A stretch of 64,000 nucleotides of DNA. Source: an uncultured Nitrospiraceae bacterium (GTDB lineage: Bacteria; Nitrospirota; Thermodesulfovibrionia; Thermodesulfovibrionales; UBA6898). The position numbers and the translations under genes were made by a program. Under the pieces are notes generated by a model. The model made no database searches. It saw only the letters and a program-made list of their open reading frames with translations, and was not told the DNA's origin. Below, one piece after another: positions 1 to 11,720 of this stretch. The stretch covers positions 288,001-352,000 of the forward strand of contig CAWEQH010000008.1 of assembly GCA_963811165.1 (NCBI GenBank), in the 5' to 3' direction. Position 1 is the stretch's first letter. Each line of letters begins with the position of its first letter.

Positions 1-2
1 GG

Positions 3-170
3 CAATCATTAAAGGAAAATGCGATGAAGGTAAGCGGAAAAAGGAGGGTCCATCTTAAGGTGATCATCCATGATCCCCCGACGATTGAGGATTGCAAAGG
101 AAAGAGCACGGCCGAGATATGCAAAATGGTTGAAGGGACGGTGTTGGGGGCGCTACGCAAGGATTATTAA
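3..170 (+). CDS. C-terminal fragment of a gene entering the window, possibly a lysophospholipid/1-acylglycerol-3-phosphate acyltransferase
   Basis: Open frame 3 reads ...KVIIHDPPTIEDCKGKSTAEICKMVEGTVLGALRKDY*, resembling PlsC-family C-termini; 5' part is outside the window. Confidence 0.4.
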   Translation, partial: QSLKENAMKVSGKRRVHLKVIIHDPPTIEDCKGKSTAEICKMVEGTVLGALRKDY

Positions 171-180
171 GAAACATGCC

Positions 181-200
181 GGGCACGTTTCAACGTGCCC
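181..200. terminator. Perfect hairpin between convergent genes (REP-like or bidirectional terminator)
   Basis: gggcacgtt-tc-aacgtgccc is a perfect 9-bp inverted repeat between two convergent stop codons. Confidence 0.55.
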
Positions 201-221
201 CTGCCTCCTTTTGCCCCTATG

Positions 222-563
222 TCAGCAGGTCAGGTGAAAGACGCCGATGACCTTCCTGTCTTTTGGCTGTGAATTGAAAAGCGCAACCGCACTGGTGGTC
301 TTTTCGGCATATGTCTCTATCCCTTTTGCTCCGAGGAAGTCTATTGTCTCCTTAGGGACCACCATCTCGCCCCAGTTCCCCGTGCCGATTACGACGGTAT
401 CCGGGCTTGCCGCCAAAACGTCCTTGAGGTCCCCCTTCTCAAGATAGTGTCCTTCCCTCCTCCACCACGAGGCGTCGACCCTGCCGGGATAGACGATGAC
501 GTCCGAGGTGTAGGTCTTCCCGTCGATGACTATTTTTCCAAAGCTATAATCGTCGATATGCAT
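222..563 (-). CDS. Mth938-like domain protein (DUF498/598)
   Basis: MHIDDYSFGKIVIDGKTYTSDVIV, W..EGH, VVIGTG, and C-terminal FHLTC are typical of the family. Confidence 0.85.
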   Translation of the reverse strand: MHIDDYSFGKIVIDGKTYTSDVIVYPGRVDASWWRREGHYLEKGDLKDVLAASPDTVVIGTGNWGEMVVPKETIDFLGAKGIETYAEKTTSAVALFNSQPKDRKVIGVFHLTC

Positions 564-700
564 GGTGTCGGCCTATGATAAAATATAGCACAAATATTTA
601 TCAGCGCGAACTTTACCTGTGTGCATATCTCTCTTTCTCCTCTTTTCCCGTCACCGCCGTCCATGGTATCCTATGACGTCGCTGTGAAATTGGGAGAGAC

Positions 701-1273
701 ATGTATCTATTTTTCGACACTGAAACAACCGGCTTACCCAGAAACTGGAACGCACCTGTCTCAGACCTGTCCAATTGGCCGAGGCTGGTCCAGATTGCCT
801 GGCTGCTCTACGATGCGGATGGGAAGAAGGTCTCCGGGCGGGACTATATCGTGAAACCGCAGGGGTTTGTTATTCCTCAGGAGGCGGCAAGGATACACGG
901 GATCACTACCGAAAAGGCGAATAGTCACGGCGTTTCTTTAAAGGCGGCCCTTGAAGATTTTTCCCGAGCACTCGATCGGGCGAGTTATCTGGTGGCGCAC
1001 AATATGCGCTTCGATGAAAAAATAGTAGGTGCCGAGTTTCTCAGGGAGGGCATTAAACACAAACTTTTTCAAACTGATAAGATCTGCACAATGACCGCAA
1101 CGACCCACTACTGTAAGCTTCCCGGTATTTACGGCGACTATAAATGGCCGAAGCTGTCGGAGCTTTACTTTACGTTGTTCAACGATACATTTGAAGAAGC
1201 CCATAATGCAGCCGTAGACATCGGAGCTTGCGCCGAATGTTTCTGGGAGCTGAGGCGAAGAGGAATTTTATAG
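701..1273 (+). CDS. DEDDh 3'-5' exonuclease (DnaQ/Pol III epsilon-like)
   Basis: Exo motifs FDTETTGL, VAHNMRFD, AHNAAVD. Confidence 0.9.
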   Translation: MYLFFDTETTGLPRNWNAPVSDLSNWPRLVQIAWLLYDADGKKVSGRDYIVKPQGFVIPQEAARIHGITTEKANSHGVSLKAALEDFSRALDRASYLVAHNMRFDEKIVGAEFLREGIKHKLFQTDKICTMTATTHYCKLPGIYGDYKWPKLSELYFTLFNDTFEEAHNAAVDIGACAECFWELRRRGIL

Positions 1274-1294
1274 CGAGTGTGTGTCTCTCGTTGG

Positions 1295-1321
1295 GAGTGG
1301 GTCATTCAAACTGACCTGCTC
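1295..1321 (+). terminator. Probable intrinsic terminator
   Basis: gagtgggtca/tgacctgctc stem downstream of the exonuclease stop, followed by a pyrimidine-rich tract. Confidence 0.45.
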
Positions 1322-1392
1322 TCCTGTCGTTTCTTCCCTTTTCAGTGAGTCGCTTCCCATGGTATTCTATTACTCATTAATCGGATGATTGC

Positions 1393-2750
<1,358 letters not shown>

Positions 2751-3103
2751 TTAAACTCAGGCATGTATTATACGCGAAAGACTGCGGGAAACAGGATGGC
2801 AGTTTATTACTCCTTGATAATCAAAGCATACAGCCCCTGCCGCTACTTCCCGGTTGTCGGCCTTCACCGCTAATGGCGGAAGGCAAAAAATCATGATTAT
2901 AATCATCAGCACGATAGTTTTTGTGACATAAATCTGTCGAAACTCGGGACTTCAAGGTGTCTGCAGTAATAGTTCTTGTTTTTAGCAGACGTAACGTATT
3001 ATCATTAATAAATTTTTGACGACATGGGGACCGAGCAGACAGTGATGGTTTTGATGCGATAAGCATTTTTGCGGCATGTCTACGAAAAAGCATAGAATAG
3101 CCG

Positions 3104-3835
3104 ATGGAAACAATCATAAAAGATCTTGACGAAAGGGTGGCGAAAGCGGTCTCTCATTACTGGTTGACCCGTGAGAATCAGGCTAGAAAACAGGAAGGAT
3201 CGGGACGCGCGGACCAGGGGTTGCGAAGCGCTGTAACAGGCGGCGCTCAGATGGATGGCTTTATCGGCTTGTTGACTGAAATCGTAGTTGCCGCCGGAAT
3301 TGATGAACGTCATGTTTTTCATAATAAGAATCTTGAACTCCCCGGCTTTTTCAGACCCACAAAAGAATGGGACCTTCTGGTAATCAAAGATGGTCAGCTG
3401 CTCGTAGCGCTTGAAGCTAAATCACAAGTAGGGCCTTCTTTCGGCAACAATTTTAATAACCGCACTGAGGAAGCTATGGGTAGCGCCCTTGACCTCTGGA
3501 CAGCATACAGGGAGGGCGCTTTTAACAAGACAATACGGCCATGGCTTGGGTATATCTTCTTGCTTGAAGACTGCAAAGAATCTCAGAGCGCAGTGAGAGT
3601 GAAAGAACCTCATTTCAGTGTCTTTGAGGAATTCAAGGGCGCATCATACGCGAAGAGATATGAGCTCTTCTGCAGAAAGCTCGTAAGGGAGCGGCATTAC
3701 AATGCATCGGCCTTTTTTATCTCCGACAGGCAAGTCGGTCAAAAGGGCGCTTTCAAAGAGCCTGCCGAAGACCTGACTTTCGAGCTTTATGCGCGGTCGC
3801 TCGTGGCTCAAGTTGCCGCTTTCTGCAAGGGTTAG
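3104..3835 (+). CDS. Type II restriction endonuclease, XhoI/PaeR7I family
   Basis: RSAVTGGAQMDGF, LPGFFRPTKEWD, EAKSQVGPSFGNNFNNRTEEAMGSALD motifs. Confidence 0.88.
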   Translation: METIIKDLDERVAKAVSHYWLTRENQARKQEGSGRADQGLRSAVTGGAQMDGFIGLLTEIVVAAGIDERHVFHNKNLELPGFFRPTKEWDLLVIKDGQLLVALEAKSQVGPSFGNNFNNRTEEAMGSALDLWTAYREGAFNKTIRPWLGYIFLLEDCKESQSAVRVKEPHFSVFEEFKGASYAKRYELFCRKLVRERHYNASAFFISDRQVGQKGAFKEPAEDLTFELYARSLVAQVAAFCKG

Positions 3836-3837
3836 CG

Positions 3838-4791
3838 ATGAGCACATTAACGCAGCTGGAGAAACAAATTACAACCCATCGCCTTATTCAGGGCGATAAC
3901 CGTTCACTGCCTTTTTTGCCTGACGGGTCTGTGCACCTTGTTATTACCTCTCCTCCGTACTGGTCGTTGAAGAGATATAATGAGAATCCAGCACAGATGG
4001 GCCATATTGTTGATTACGAAAAGTTTCTTGCCGAGTTGACTAAGGTATGGAAGGAGGTTTATCGCGTTCTTGTTCCGGGCGGCAGACTCGTCTGCGTGGT
4101 CGGGGATGTTTGTTTATCCAGAAAGATACATGGCAGGCATCTCGTCATGCCTCTGCATGCAGATATAGCGGTCATCTGCCGAAGGCTCGGCTTTGATAAC
4201 CTTAACCCTATCATCTGGCACAAGATTTCAAATGCAACTTTCGAAGCGAACAACGGCACCAAATTTCTGGGAAAACCCTATGAGCCGAATGCGATCGTGA
4301 AGAATGATATCGAGTTTATTCTGATGCAGAGAAAACCCGGCGGCTACCGCAAACCGACTGAAGAACAGCGCAAGTTAAGCATGATCGCCAAAGACGACTT
4401 TTCGGAGTGGTTCAGGCAGTTCTGGACCATTACAGGCGCCTCCACCCGCAACCATCCCGCGCCTTTTCCCTATGAACTTGCGTACCGGCTTGTGAAAATG
4501 TTTTCTTTTTGGGGCGACACGGTCCTCGACCCATTTTGCGGGACCGGCACAACAATGCTTGCTGCAATGAAATGCGGGAGGAACAGTATCGGCATTGAGA
4601 TAGATGAAGAATATTGCCGCATGACCCTCGACCGCCTGAAAACAGAGGCGAAGGGTTTGCCTGCCGAAGTCAATATTGAGTTTTCCAAATTGAGCGACAA
4701 TGACGGCGTCTTTGCTGTTCATGAAGAGCCTGCGGTTTATAGGGGAAAAGTCAGAAAAAAGACAGCAAGGGGGAAGGCGGCAAAAAAATAG
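3838..4791 (+). CDS. Site-specific DNA methyltransferase, beta class (N4-C/N6-A)
   Basis: Catalytic TSPPY precedes HPAPFP and SAM-binding VLDPFCGTGTT; starts 2 bp after the endonuclease stop. Confidence 0.92.
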   Translation: MSTLTQLEKQITTHRLIQGDNRSLPFLPDGSVHLVITSPPYWSLKRYNENPAQMGHIVDYEKFLAELTKVWKEVYRVLVPGGRLVCVVGDVCLSRKIHGRHLVMPLHADIAVICRRLGFDNLNPIIWHKISNATFEANNGTKFLGKPYEPNAIVKNDIEFILMQRKPGGYRKPTEEQRKLSMIAKDDFSEWFRQFWTITGASTRNHPAPFPYELAYRLVKMFSFWGDTVLDPFCGTGTTMLAAMKCGRNSIGIEIDEEYCRMTLDRLKTEAKGLPAEVNIEFSKLSDNDGVFAVHEEPAVYRGKVRKKTARGKAAKK

Positions 4792-5234
4792 GAATGTGTC
4801 CCATTTATGCACCGCAATAAGAGCCGTGATCAAATCTGGCAACTCACTTATAATCAAAGATGCAGTAAGAGAAGATAAATCAGCAATATTGTCTGTCATA
4901 GGAAGTTATCCTTATAGATACGATAAGCCAATTGCAAAGGATACTATGATTACTTCTTTTCTTCTCCTGAAAGCCACCTTGGCGGGACATGATAGATATG
5001 CGGAATCATCTCATGCATCTTTATTTTGAAATAGATTTAGACATCCTATGGGACACAGTTGTAAATGACCTTCCTCCCCTTGTCAAAGAATTCGAAAAAA
5101 TTATTTCTCAATAGCGTCATAACGCATTTCTTGACTTCAAAACAGGCCCTCGGATAAGATAATATGCTGTTCGAATTTTATCCTCAGGGCCTTCGTAGTG
5201 ACCGGTTCAGGGGATTCAGGAAGGTATCTTTTAG

Positions 5235-5696
5235 GTGAAAATTGCCCTTGGTTGTGACCACGCTGGTTTCGGGCTGAAAGAAGAGATCTTAAGCCTGCTG
5301 AAAAATCTCGACTTCGAAATTGCCGATTGCGGCACAAACGGCACGGAATCCGTGGATTATCCCGATTTTGGAGAAAAGGTCTCCGGACTTGTCTCTTCGG
5401 GAAAGGTCGGTCGGGGCATCCTGATCTGCGGGACCGGCATAGGCATGTCAATGGTGGCCAATAAATTCCCGAATGTCAGGGCATCGCTCTGTAACGACCT
5501 TTTCACCTCAAAGATGAGCCGGCTCCATAACGATGCGAATGTCTTGGTCCTTGGCGGCAGGGTAATCGGGAAGGACCTTGCGTATGAAATCGTAAAGACG
5601 TGGCTGTCCACCCCTTTTGAGGGAGACAGGCATCTGAAAAGGTTGAACAAGATCAAAAAAATAGAGGAAAGTTTAAGGACCAATGGAAATGGATAA
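5235..5696 (+). CDS. rpiB: Ribose-5-phosphate isomerase B
   Basis: [33 protein letters not shown]. Confidence 0.96.
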   Translation: MKIALGCDHAGFGLKEEILSLLKNLDFEIADCGTNGTESVDYPDFGEKVSGLVSSGKVGRGILICGTGIGMSMVANKFPNVRASLCNDLFTSKMSRLHNDANVLVLGGRVIGKDLAYEIVKTWLSTPFEGDRHLKRLNKIKKIEESLRTNGNG

Positions 5697-6921
5697 CCTC
5701 AAGCTGACCGATCCCCAGATTTTCGAGGCGATCGAGAAGGAAAGATGCAGGGAGCATGACAAGATACTCCTCATCGCCTCCGAAAATTACGTGTCGGAGG
5801 CGGTACTCGAGGCACAGGGCTCGATCTTCACCAATAAATACGCCGAAGGATATCCCGGCAGGAGATATTACGGCGGATGTGAATATGCCGACATAGTCGA
5901 GAACCTCGCCGTCGAAAGGGCAAAGGCGGTCTTCGGGGCGGAGCACGTCAACGTGCAGCCTCATTCCGGATCGCAGGCGAATATGGCCGTCTATTTCTCG
6001 GTCCTTAAGCCGGGCGATAAGATACTCGGCATGAACCTGAGCCACGGAGGGCACCTCTCTCATGGGGCGTCCGTGAACTTCTCGGGTGTGCTTTATAAAA
6101 ACGTGCCTTACGGCGTGAACAAAGAAGGACTCATCGACTATGACGAAGTAAGGAAGCTTGCGCTTGAGCAGAGGCCGAGGATGATTGTCGTCGGTGCCTC
6201 AGCCTATTCAAGGGTGATCGACTTTAAGACATTCTCTGAGATAGCGAAAGAATCCGGTGCATACCTCATGGCAGACATTGCACACATCGCGGGGTTGATA
6301 GCCGCCGGGCAGCACCCTTCGCCGGTACCTTACGCCGACTTTGTCACGACGACGACGCACAAGACCCTGAGGGGGCCCCGTGGGGGGATGATCATGTGCA
6401 GGGCGGAATTTGCGAAGGCCGTGGACAAGATGATATTCCCGGGCATACAGGGTGGGCCGCTCGTCCACGTCATCGCCGCCAAGGCGGTGGCGCTAAAGGA
6501 GGCGATGAGCGAGGATTTCCGCGCTTACCAAAGGGGAGTGATCGATAATGCAAGAACACTCGCCTCTGAACTCGTCAAGAAGGGGTTCAGGATAATCTCG
6601 GGCGGCACTGACAATCATCTTATGCTCGTGGACCTGACGAGCAAGGGGATCACCGGCAGGGATGCCGAACAGGCGCTTGACAAGGCGGGGATAACAGTGA
6701 ACAAAAACGCAATACCCTACGATGAGAGACCCCCGGCGGTGACCAGCGGAATGCGGCTCGGCACGCCGAGTGTTACGACGCGCGGGATGGGAACAACGGA
6801 GATGATCGAGATAGCCGACCTTATCTCCGCCGTGATAAATAACAGTCAGGAGCCGGAAGCCATCAGGACCAACGCCCGACGCGTCGCGGCGCTCTGTGAC
6901 AGGTTCCCCATTTACCGGTAA
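5683..6921 (+). CDS. glyA: Serine hydroxymethyltransferase
   Basis: [33 protein letters not shown]. Confidence 0.98.
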   Translation: MEMDNLKLTDPQIFEAIEKERCREHDKILLIASENYVSEAVLEAQGSIFTNKYAEGYPGRRYYGGCEYADIVENLAVERAKAVFGAEHVNVQPHSGSQANMAVYFSVLKPGDKILGMNLSHGGHLSHGASVNFSGVLYKNVPYGVNKEGLIDYDEVRKLALEQRPRMIVVGASAYSRVIDFKTFSEIAKESGAYLMADIAHIAGLIAAGQHPSPVPYADFVTTTTHKTLRGPRGGMIMCRAEFAKAVDKMIFPGIQGGPLVHVIAAKAVALKEAMSEDFRAYQRGVIDNARTLASELVKKGFRIISGGTDNHLMLVDLTSKGITGRDAEQALDKAGITVNKNAIPYDERPPAVTSGMRLGTPSVTTRGMGTTEMIEIADLISAVINNSQEPEAIRTNARRVAALCDRFPIYR

Positions 6922-6966
6922 TAAAGTTTCAGTGTCTTGTGTCTGTGACACTGACACTTATGCAAT

Positions 6967-7431
6967 ATGAAATGTCCTTTTTGCGAGAACCTCGAAGATA
7001 AGGTCATTGATTCAAGGACGAGCAAGGAAGGCAACGCCATCCGCCGCAGGAGGGAATGTCTGAAATGCGGCAAACGTTTTACTTCATATGAGCGGGTCGA
7101 GGACGTTGTCCCGATGGTCGTCAAGAAAGACGGCAGGAGGGAGCCTTTCGATAACGGGAAGATAAAGAACGGACTCCATATCGCCTGCAAGAAAAGACCG
7201 ATCGAGACGGACAGGCTTGACGTCATCGTCGAGGATATCGAAAAGAAGCTCATCGGCCTTGGCGTAAAGGAGATCCAGAGCACATGGATAGGGGAGCAGA
7301 TAATGTCCGAACTCAAAAGTCTCGACAAGGTCGCCTATGTGCGCTTCGCCTCGGTCTACCACCAGTTCAAGGACATCAACGACCTCATGGATGAAGTAAA
7401 AACACTCTTTGAAAACAGGGAAAAAAGATAA
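6967..7431 (+). CDS. nrdR: Transcriptional repressor NrdR
   Basis: MKCPFC...IRRRRECxxCGKRFTSYE, ATP cone, VAYVRFASVY. Confidence 0.97.
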   Translation: MKCPFCENLEDKVIDSRTSKEGNAIRRRRECLKCGKRFTSYERVEDVVPMVVKKDGRREPFDNGKIKNGLHIACKKRPIETDRLDVIVEDIEKKLIGLGVKEIQSTWIGEQIMSELKSLDKVAYVRFASVYHQFKDINDLMDEVKTLFENREKR

Positions 7432-7590
7432 TGGTCAAGCCTCGTCTGTTGATCATAGAGGACGACGAAACAGCTGTCTTAGTCTGAAGGTCTTTTTCGA
7501 GGGCAGGGGATGGGGGTAGCTCCTTCCCCGGCCGGGCGGGCGGGGCTCCGCCTGGCGGTGAAGGAGAAAAATATTTACACTGAGACTTTT
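7432..7590 (+). pseudogene. Remnant of a response-regulator receiver domain
   Basis: MVKPRLLIIEDDETA then, in a shifted frame, LSLKVFFEGRGW; broken by stops and frameshifts. Confidence 0.4.
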
Positions 7591-7791
7591 TATGTTACCC
7601 ATCCTTTTAAAATAGGCGACCCCGAACCGATATATTATATATATAGTTATGTATGAGGATAACCCTGTAGATAAAAAAATCGAAGCAATAGAATTAGTGC
7701 GATACTTTACTGAGCGGGGCGCGTGTGAGGGAAAAAGACAGGGCGCTTAAGTTTACAAAATGACCTGTTTTGTGATATAAAATTAAGTTCT

Positions 7792-7865
7792 TGGGGAGTC
7801 GTCCAATGGCAGGACGGTAGACTCTGGATCTGCTTATAGGGGTTCGAATCCTCTCTCCCCAGCCA
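7792..7865 (+). tRNA. tRNA-Gln (anticodon CTG)
   Basis: Cloverleaf tggggagt...ctccccagcca, anticodon loop ct-CTG-ga, T-loop ggttcgaatcc, encoded CCA. Confidence 0.95.
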
Positions 7866-7969
7866 TAAAATCAGTAAGCAGTGACGAGTAGACAGTAAGG
7901 AACAAAAAATGGATTACCCGTTGTTCGTTTATTTTATTAACTCATCACTACTTTTCACTGCCTTTATAT

Positions 7970-8045
7970 GGTCCCATCGTCTAGCGGTCTAGGACGTGGC
8001 CCTCTCAAGGCTAAAACACGGGTTCGATTCCCGTTGGGACCGCCA
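7970..8045 (+). tRNA. tRNA-Glu (anticodon CTC)
   Basis: ggtcccatcgtctagcgg...ct-CTC-aa...ggttcgattcccgttgggaccgcca. Confidence 0.95.
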
Positions 8046-8340
8046 ATTTCTCCTCTATAAAGGAAGGAGTTGCACCGCAGTCGCCGTTGTTTGTCCCTTC
8101 TGCGGTGTCCATTTTGTGTCTTCGATCTCTGCCACTGCATCCCTGGGGCTGTCCACTGAGAACCTTCACATGATACGGAAGCTGCCCTTCTGGTGAAGTC
8201 TCGATCCTGTCTCAGATCAAAAAAAAGAAAAATTGGATGGCGTATAAAACGTAGTATAATGTGGAGGATAAGCAGACTTTTCTATTTGATTTCTTAAGAA
8301 GGTCATCAAAAAAAATGCCACGCACACTATTAGTAAATAC

Positions 8341-10143
8341 ATGAAAGATAAAAACAAAACTCCATCCCAACTCTTACGAGAGTTAACAGAGATAAAAGAG
8401 AAATATAAAATAACGAATGAATCACTTATTTTTTTTAAAAAAGCACTGGAAACCATGCAGCTTGGAGTTACCATTACTGACCCGAAAGGAAAAATTCTTT
8501 ATTGCAATCCGGCCGAAGCAGAGATGCATCTTTATCCCGCAAGAGAATTGATTGGCAAAAACGTGAGAGAGTTTGCCCCCTCTCACCTCTGGAACCCGCT
8601 TACAATAACAAAAATTACAGCGATGAACAGGTGGAAACGGGAAAGTACTAATACGCGAAAAGACAATAGTCTCTTTCCTGTGAAATTAATGTCTGACGTA
8701 GTCAAGAATAAACGGGGACGTCCAATCGGCATTGTAACAACATGTGAAGATATAACTTACTACAAGAAATCGGAAGCGAAAATTGTGCGTTTGGCATACC
8801 AAGACACATTGACCGGGCTTCCAAACCGCTATTTATTGAAAGATCGCTTGACACAGGCCATTGAGGCTGCAAAGAAATATAATCGACAAATGGCCATACT
8901 ATTCCTTGACCTCGATGCATTTAAACGCGTTAATGATATGCTGGGCCATGATATAGGAGATAAACTGCTGCAGCAGATTGCGAAGCGGTTAGTGAAATAT
9001 ATCCGTACGAGCGATACTGTTGCTCGTGTAAAAGGGGTCGATATAGGAAATACTGTTGCACGTTTGGGAGGAGATGAGTTTACTATACTGCTGTCGGAAA
9101 TCAAGCATATACAGGACGTGGCCAAGGTGGCGCAACGAATCCTGGATTTATTTTCCAAATCTTTTAAGGTGCAGGGCCACGAAATATTCGTGAGTTTCAG
9201 TATCGGTATTGCGGTGTTTCCTCATAACGGTGAAAATGCGACCTCCCTTCTGAAAAATGCCGATGCGGCGATGTACAACGCAAAGAAGAACGGCAGGAAC
9301 AATTTCCAATTTTATACAGAATCTTTGAACAGTATCACCGCCGAAAGGTTCTCTATCGAGAACCAATTACGCAAGGCATTGGATAACGGAGAGTTGCAGC
9401 TATTTTACCAGCCTCAACTTGATATTGTGGCAAAACAAATTATCGGGGTCGAAGCGCTCCTGCGCTGGACCCATCCAGAGAAGGGTTTGCTTTCAGCGGC
9501 GTCCTTTATCCCGTTGGCTGAAGAAACGGGTTTGATCCTCACCATTGGTGAATGGGTCCTGCAGACTGCATGCCGCCATAACACGTCTTTGCAAAAAGCA
9601 GGATATAAACCGATGCGTGTGGCAGTGAACATCTCCGGCCTCCAGTTCAAACAAAAAAGCTTTGTGAAAACCGTTCAACAGGCTCTCGATAGCGCTTCTT
9701 TAGATCCCCATTACCTTGAGCTGGAACTCACAGAGAGTATCTTGATGGACACAACCGATCAGACAATAATGCGTTTAAAGGAACTAAAATCAATGGGTGT
9801 GAGAATCGCAATTGATGATTTCGGCACGGGTTACTCCTCATTGAATTATTTACATCGTTTTCCCATAGACACACTAAAAATAGACAAATCATTTGTACGG
9901 GACATATCTATTAATCCTGATGACAATGCCATTATCACTGCGATAGTTTCTTTGGCATGTAATTTAAATTTGCAGGTTATTGCCGAAGGGGTTGAGACGA
10001 CACACCAGCTTTTATCTTTGTATCACCTGGGAAGTACCTTGATGCAGGGAGATCTAATGAGTCCGCCACTGCCTGCCGATACACTGATACAATTACTAAG
10101 AAGAGAAGATAAGGCATTTGAATACTTATGGAATACATTGTAA
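8341..10143 (+). CDS. PAS-GGDEF-EAL diguanylate cyclase/phosphodiesterase
   Basis: PAS domain, DTLTGLPNR, RLGGDEF, VEALLRW, DDFGTGYSS, AEGVE; visibly AT-richer than flanks. Confidence 0.93.
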   Translation: MKDKNKTPSQLLRELTEIKEKYKITNESLIFFKKALETMQLGVTITDPKGKILYCNPAEAEMHLYPARELIGKNVREFAPSHLWNPLTITKITAMNRWKRESTNTRKDNSLFPVKLMSDVVKNKRGRPIGIVTTCEDITYYKKSEAKIVRLAYQDTLTGLPNRYLLKDRLTQAIEAAKKYNRQMAILFLDLDAFKRVNDMLGHDIGDKLLQQIAKRLVKYIRTSDTVARVKGVDIGNTVARLGGDEFTILLSEIKHIQDVAKVAQRILDLFSKSFKVQGHEIFVSFSIGIAVFPHNGENATSLLKNADAAMYNAKKNGRNNFQFYTESLNSITAERFSIENQLRKALDNGELQLFYQPQLDIVAKQIIGVEALLRWTHPEKGLLSAASFIPLAEETGLILTIGEWVLQTACRHNTSLQKAGYKPMRVAVNISGLQFKQKSFVKTVQQALDSASLDPHYLELELTESILMDTTDQTIMRLKELKSMGVRIAIDDFGTGYSSLNYLHRFPIDTLKIDKSFVRDISINPDDNAIITAIVSLACNLNLQVIAEGVETTHQLLSLYHLGSTLMQGDLMSPPLPADTLIQLLRREDKAFEYLWNTL

Positions 10144-10250
10144 ATACATTGTTGCGCATGATATGCGCGAGAGGTGCTGCTATATCCCATTACGCTGATT
10201 CTACCCTGTCTCTCTTTCTCTATTGCCTTGTAAGGTGCAGGAGCGCCTTC

Positions 10251-10679
10251 ATGGCTGTCACCGCGCTGTTTCTGATCGTGTTGTTCGGTAATCCTGCCCT
10301 TGCAGGTCGTCCTGATGAATGCGCTCCGGCCTCACCCGCTTTCGATGAGGCCCTCTTGAAACAGATCAATCGATACCGCGCCGAAAACGGGCGTGCACCC
10401 CTGGTCTGGGACGAGCGTCTACGCGTGTCTGCAAAAGGGCATAGCCGCCGCATGTGCGAAGAAGATACCTTAAGTCACAAGGCGTTCGGCGAGAGATTTC
10501 GCAACTCCAGACGAAAATACTGCGTCGAAAACGTCGGAAGGAATGCCGTCACAGGGACCGACCAGTTCAGACAGTGGAAGGAATCGGCAGCCCATAACGA
10601 AAACATGCTGGACAAGCGCATTCATATTGCGGGAATTTCCAAAGCAGGATATTTTGTCACCTTCTTTGCCTGTGAATAG
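10251..10679 (+). CDS. Secreted CAP (SCP/Tpx-1/Ag5) domain protein
   Basis: Signal-peptide-like N-terminus, INRYRAENG, HSRRM, ENVG, WKESAAHNENML; start codon uncertain. Confidence 0.8.
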   Translation: MAVTALFLIVLFGNPALAGRPDECAPASPAFDEALLKQINRYRAENGRAPLVWDERLRVSAKGHSRRMCEEDTLSHKAFGERFRNSRRKYCVENVGRNAVTGTDQFRQWKESAAHNENMLDKRIHIAGISKAGYFVTFFACE

Positions 10680-10748
10680 TCCGCCAACTACTGTTGGATG
10701 AGGATCTTAGAAACGCGGCGGTGCATTATTTCTCGCGGGCTCAAAGGA

Positions 10749-11585
10749 TCATGAAGGGGAGTTGATGAGCCGTACCGCTGTCCTGGGACCTGGGATCTCG
10801 ATCTTCTTCTGCTGAAACTGTGCGAGCACCGACTGGTAAACCTCTGCCTGTACAAAGACAAAATCTTCAACGCTCACCCAGGGATTTATCTGCAGGGTGA
10901 TGCATGATTCTCCCAGCGAGGCAATGCCTGTGACGGGAGCAGGTTCTTTCAGGACCCGTGGGTTCTGCTGTAAGACGGCGCTTACCGTCCCAAGGGCAAG
11001 GTCGACGTCGGTGCCGTAGGCTATGCCGACAGACAAATTCAGCTGACGAATCTTGCCATAGTTGTGGAGTATCTCCCCCACGATCTTTCTGTTTGGCACG
11101 ATAACGCGGGAATTGTCCAGATGCAGCAGGGTCGTAGAGAAGAGGGCGATATCGGTAACCTGTCCGTAAACGCCAAGCACTTCGATGTATTCGCCTATGG
11201 CGAAGGGTTTTGTGAAAATGATGGTCAGCCCTGCAACCAGGTTGCCGAGCAGTCCCTGCATAGCAAGGCTTGCGCCCACGCCGGCCACGCCGATGCCTGC
11301 TATCAGAGGGGTGATTTGGATCCCCATCTGGCCGAGCGCCATGATCCCGATAAAGGCTATGACCAGTAATTTGACGGCCCTGACGATGAGGGCGATAACC
11401 GGTTCATCAAAGGCTTTTTGGGTGAGCCAGCGCTTCAGGATATTGCCGATCCAGCGGGCTATGAGCACCCCGATGCCCATAAGGATGATTGCGGTGAGGA
11501 TCTGGATGCCGTGCTCTATAAAATAGGTTATTATCTTGCCTGCAACTTCCGGCGACTTAAATCCTGATGCTGATTGCTCAGCCAT
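10749..11585 (-). CDS. mscS: Small-conductance mechanosensitive channel family protein
   Basis: Three TM helices, GASLAMQGLLGNLVAG, KPFAIGEYI, VIVPN. Confidence 0.9.
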   Translation of the reverse strand: MAEQSASGFKSPEVAGKIITYFIEHGIQILTAIILMGIGVLIARWIGNILKRWLTQKAFDEPVIALIVRAVKLLVIAFIGIMALGQMGIQITPLIAGIGVAGVGASLAMQGLLGNLVAGLTIIFTKPFAIGEYIEVLGVYGQVTDIALFSTTLLHLDNSRVIVPNRKIVGEILHNYGKIRQLNLSVGIAYGTDVDLALGTVSAVLQQNPRVLKEPAPVTGIASLGESCITLQINPWVSVEDFVFVQAEVYQSVLAQFQQKKIEIPGPRTAVRLINSPS

Positions 11586-11720
11586 GGTCTGCCCCCCTTT
11601 TAAAAAGGATAGCACGCGCATAGGTAATTCACAACAAATTTTGTCTTTGTTGATATGGGAGCCAAAAGTCCAAAAGCGAAGACCTGGAATCCCGTGAAGT
11701 CCGGGGATCTGAGACCGTTC

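Noticed and set aside
7866..7969. Heptamer-like repeats (cagtaag/cagtgac) and complementary tract between the tRNAs
   Set aside because: Short and degenerate; most simply a spacer stem for tRNA processing.
9013..9063. Duplicated TVAR segment before GGDEF
   Set aside because: A short insertion at this position is common in GGDEF-EAL proteins and the active-site motif is intact.
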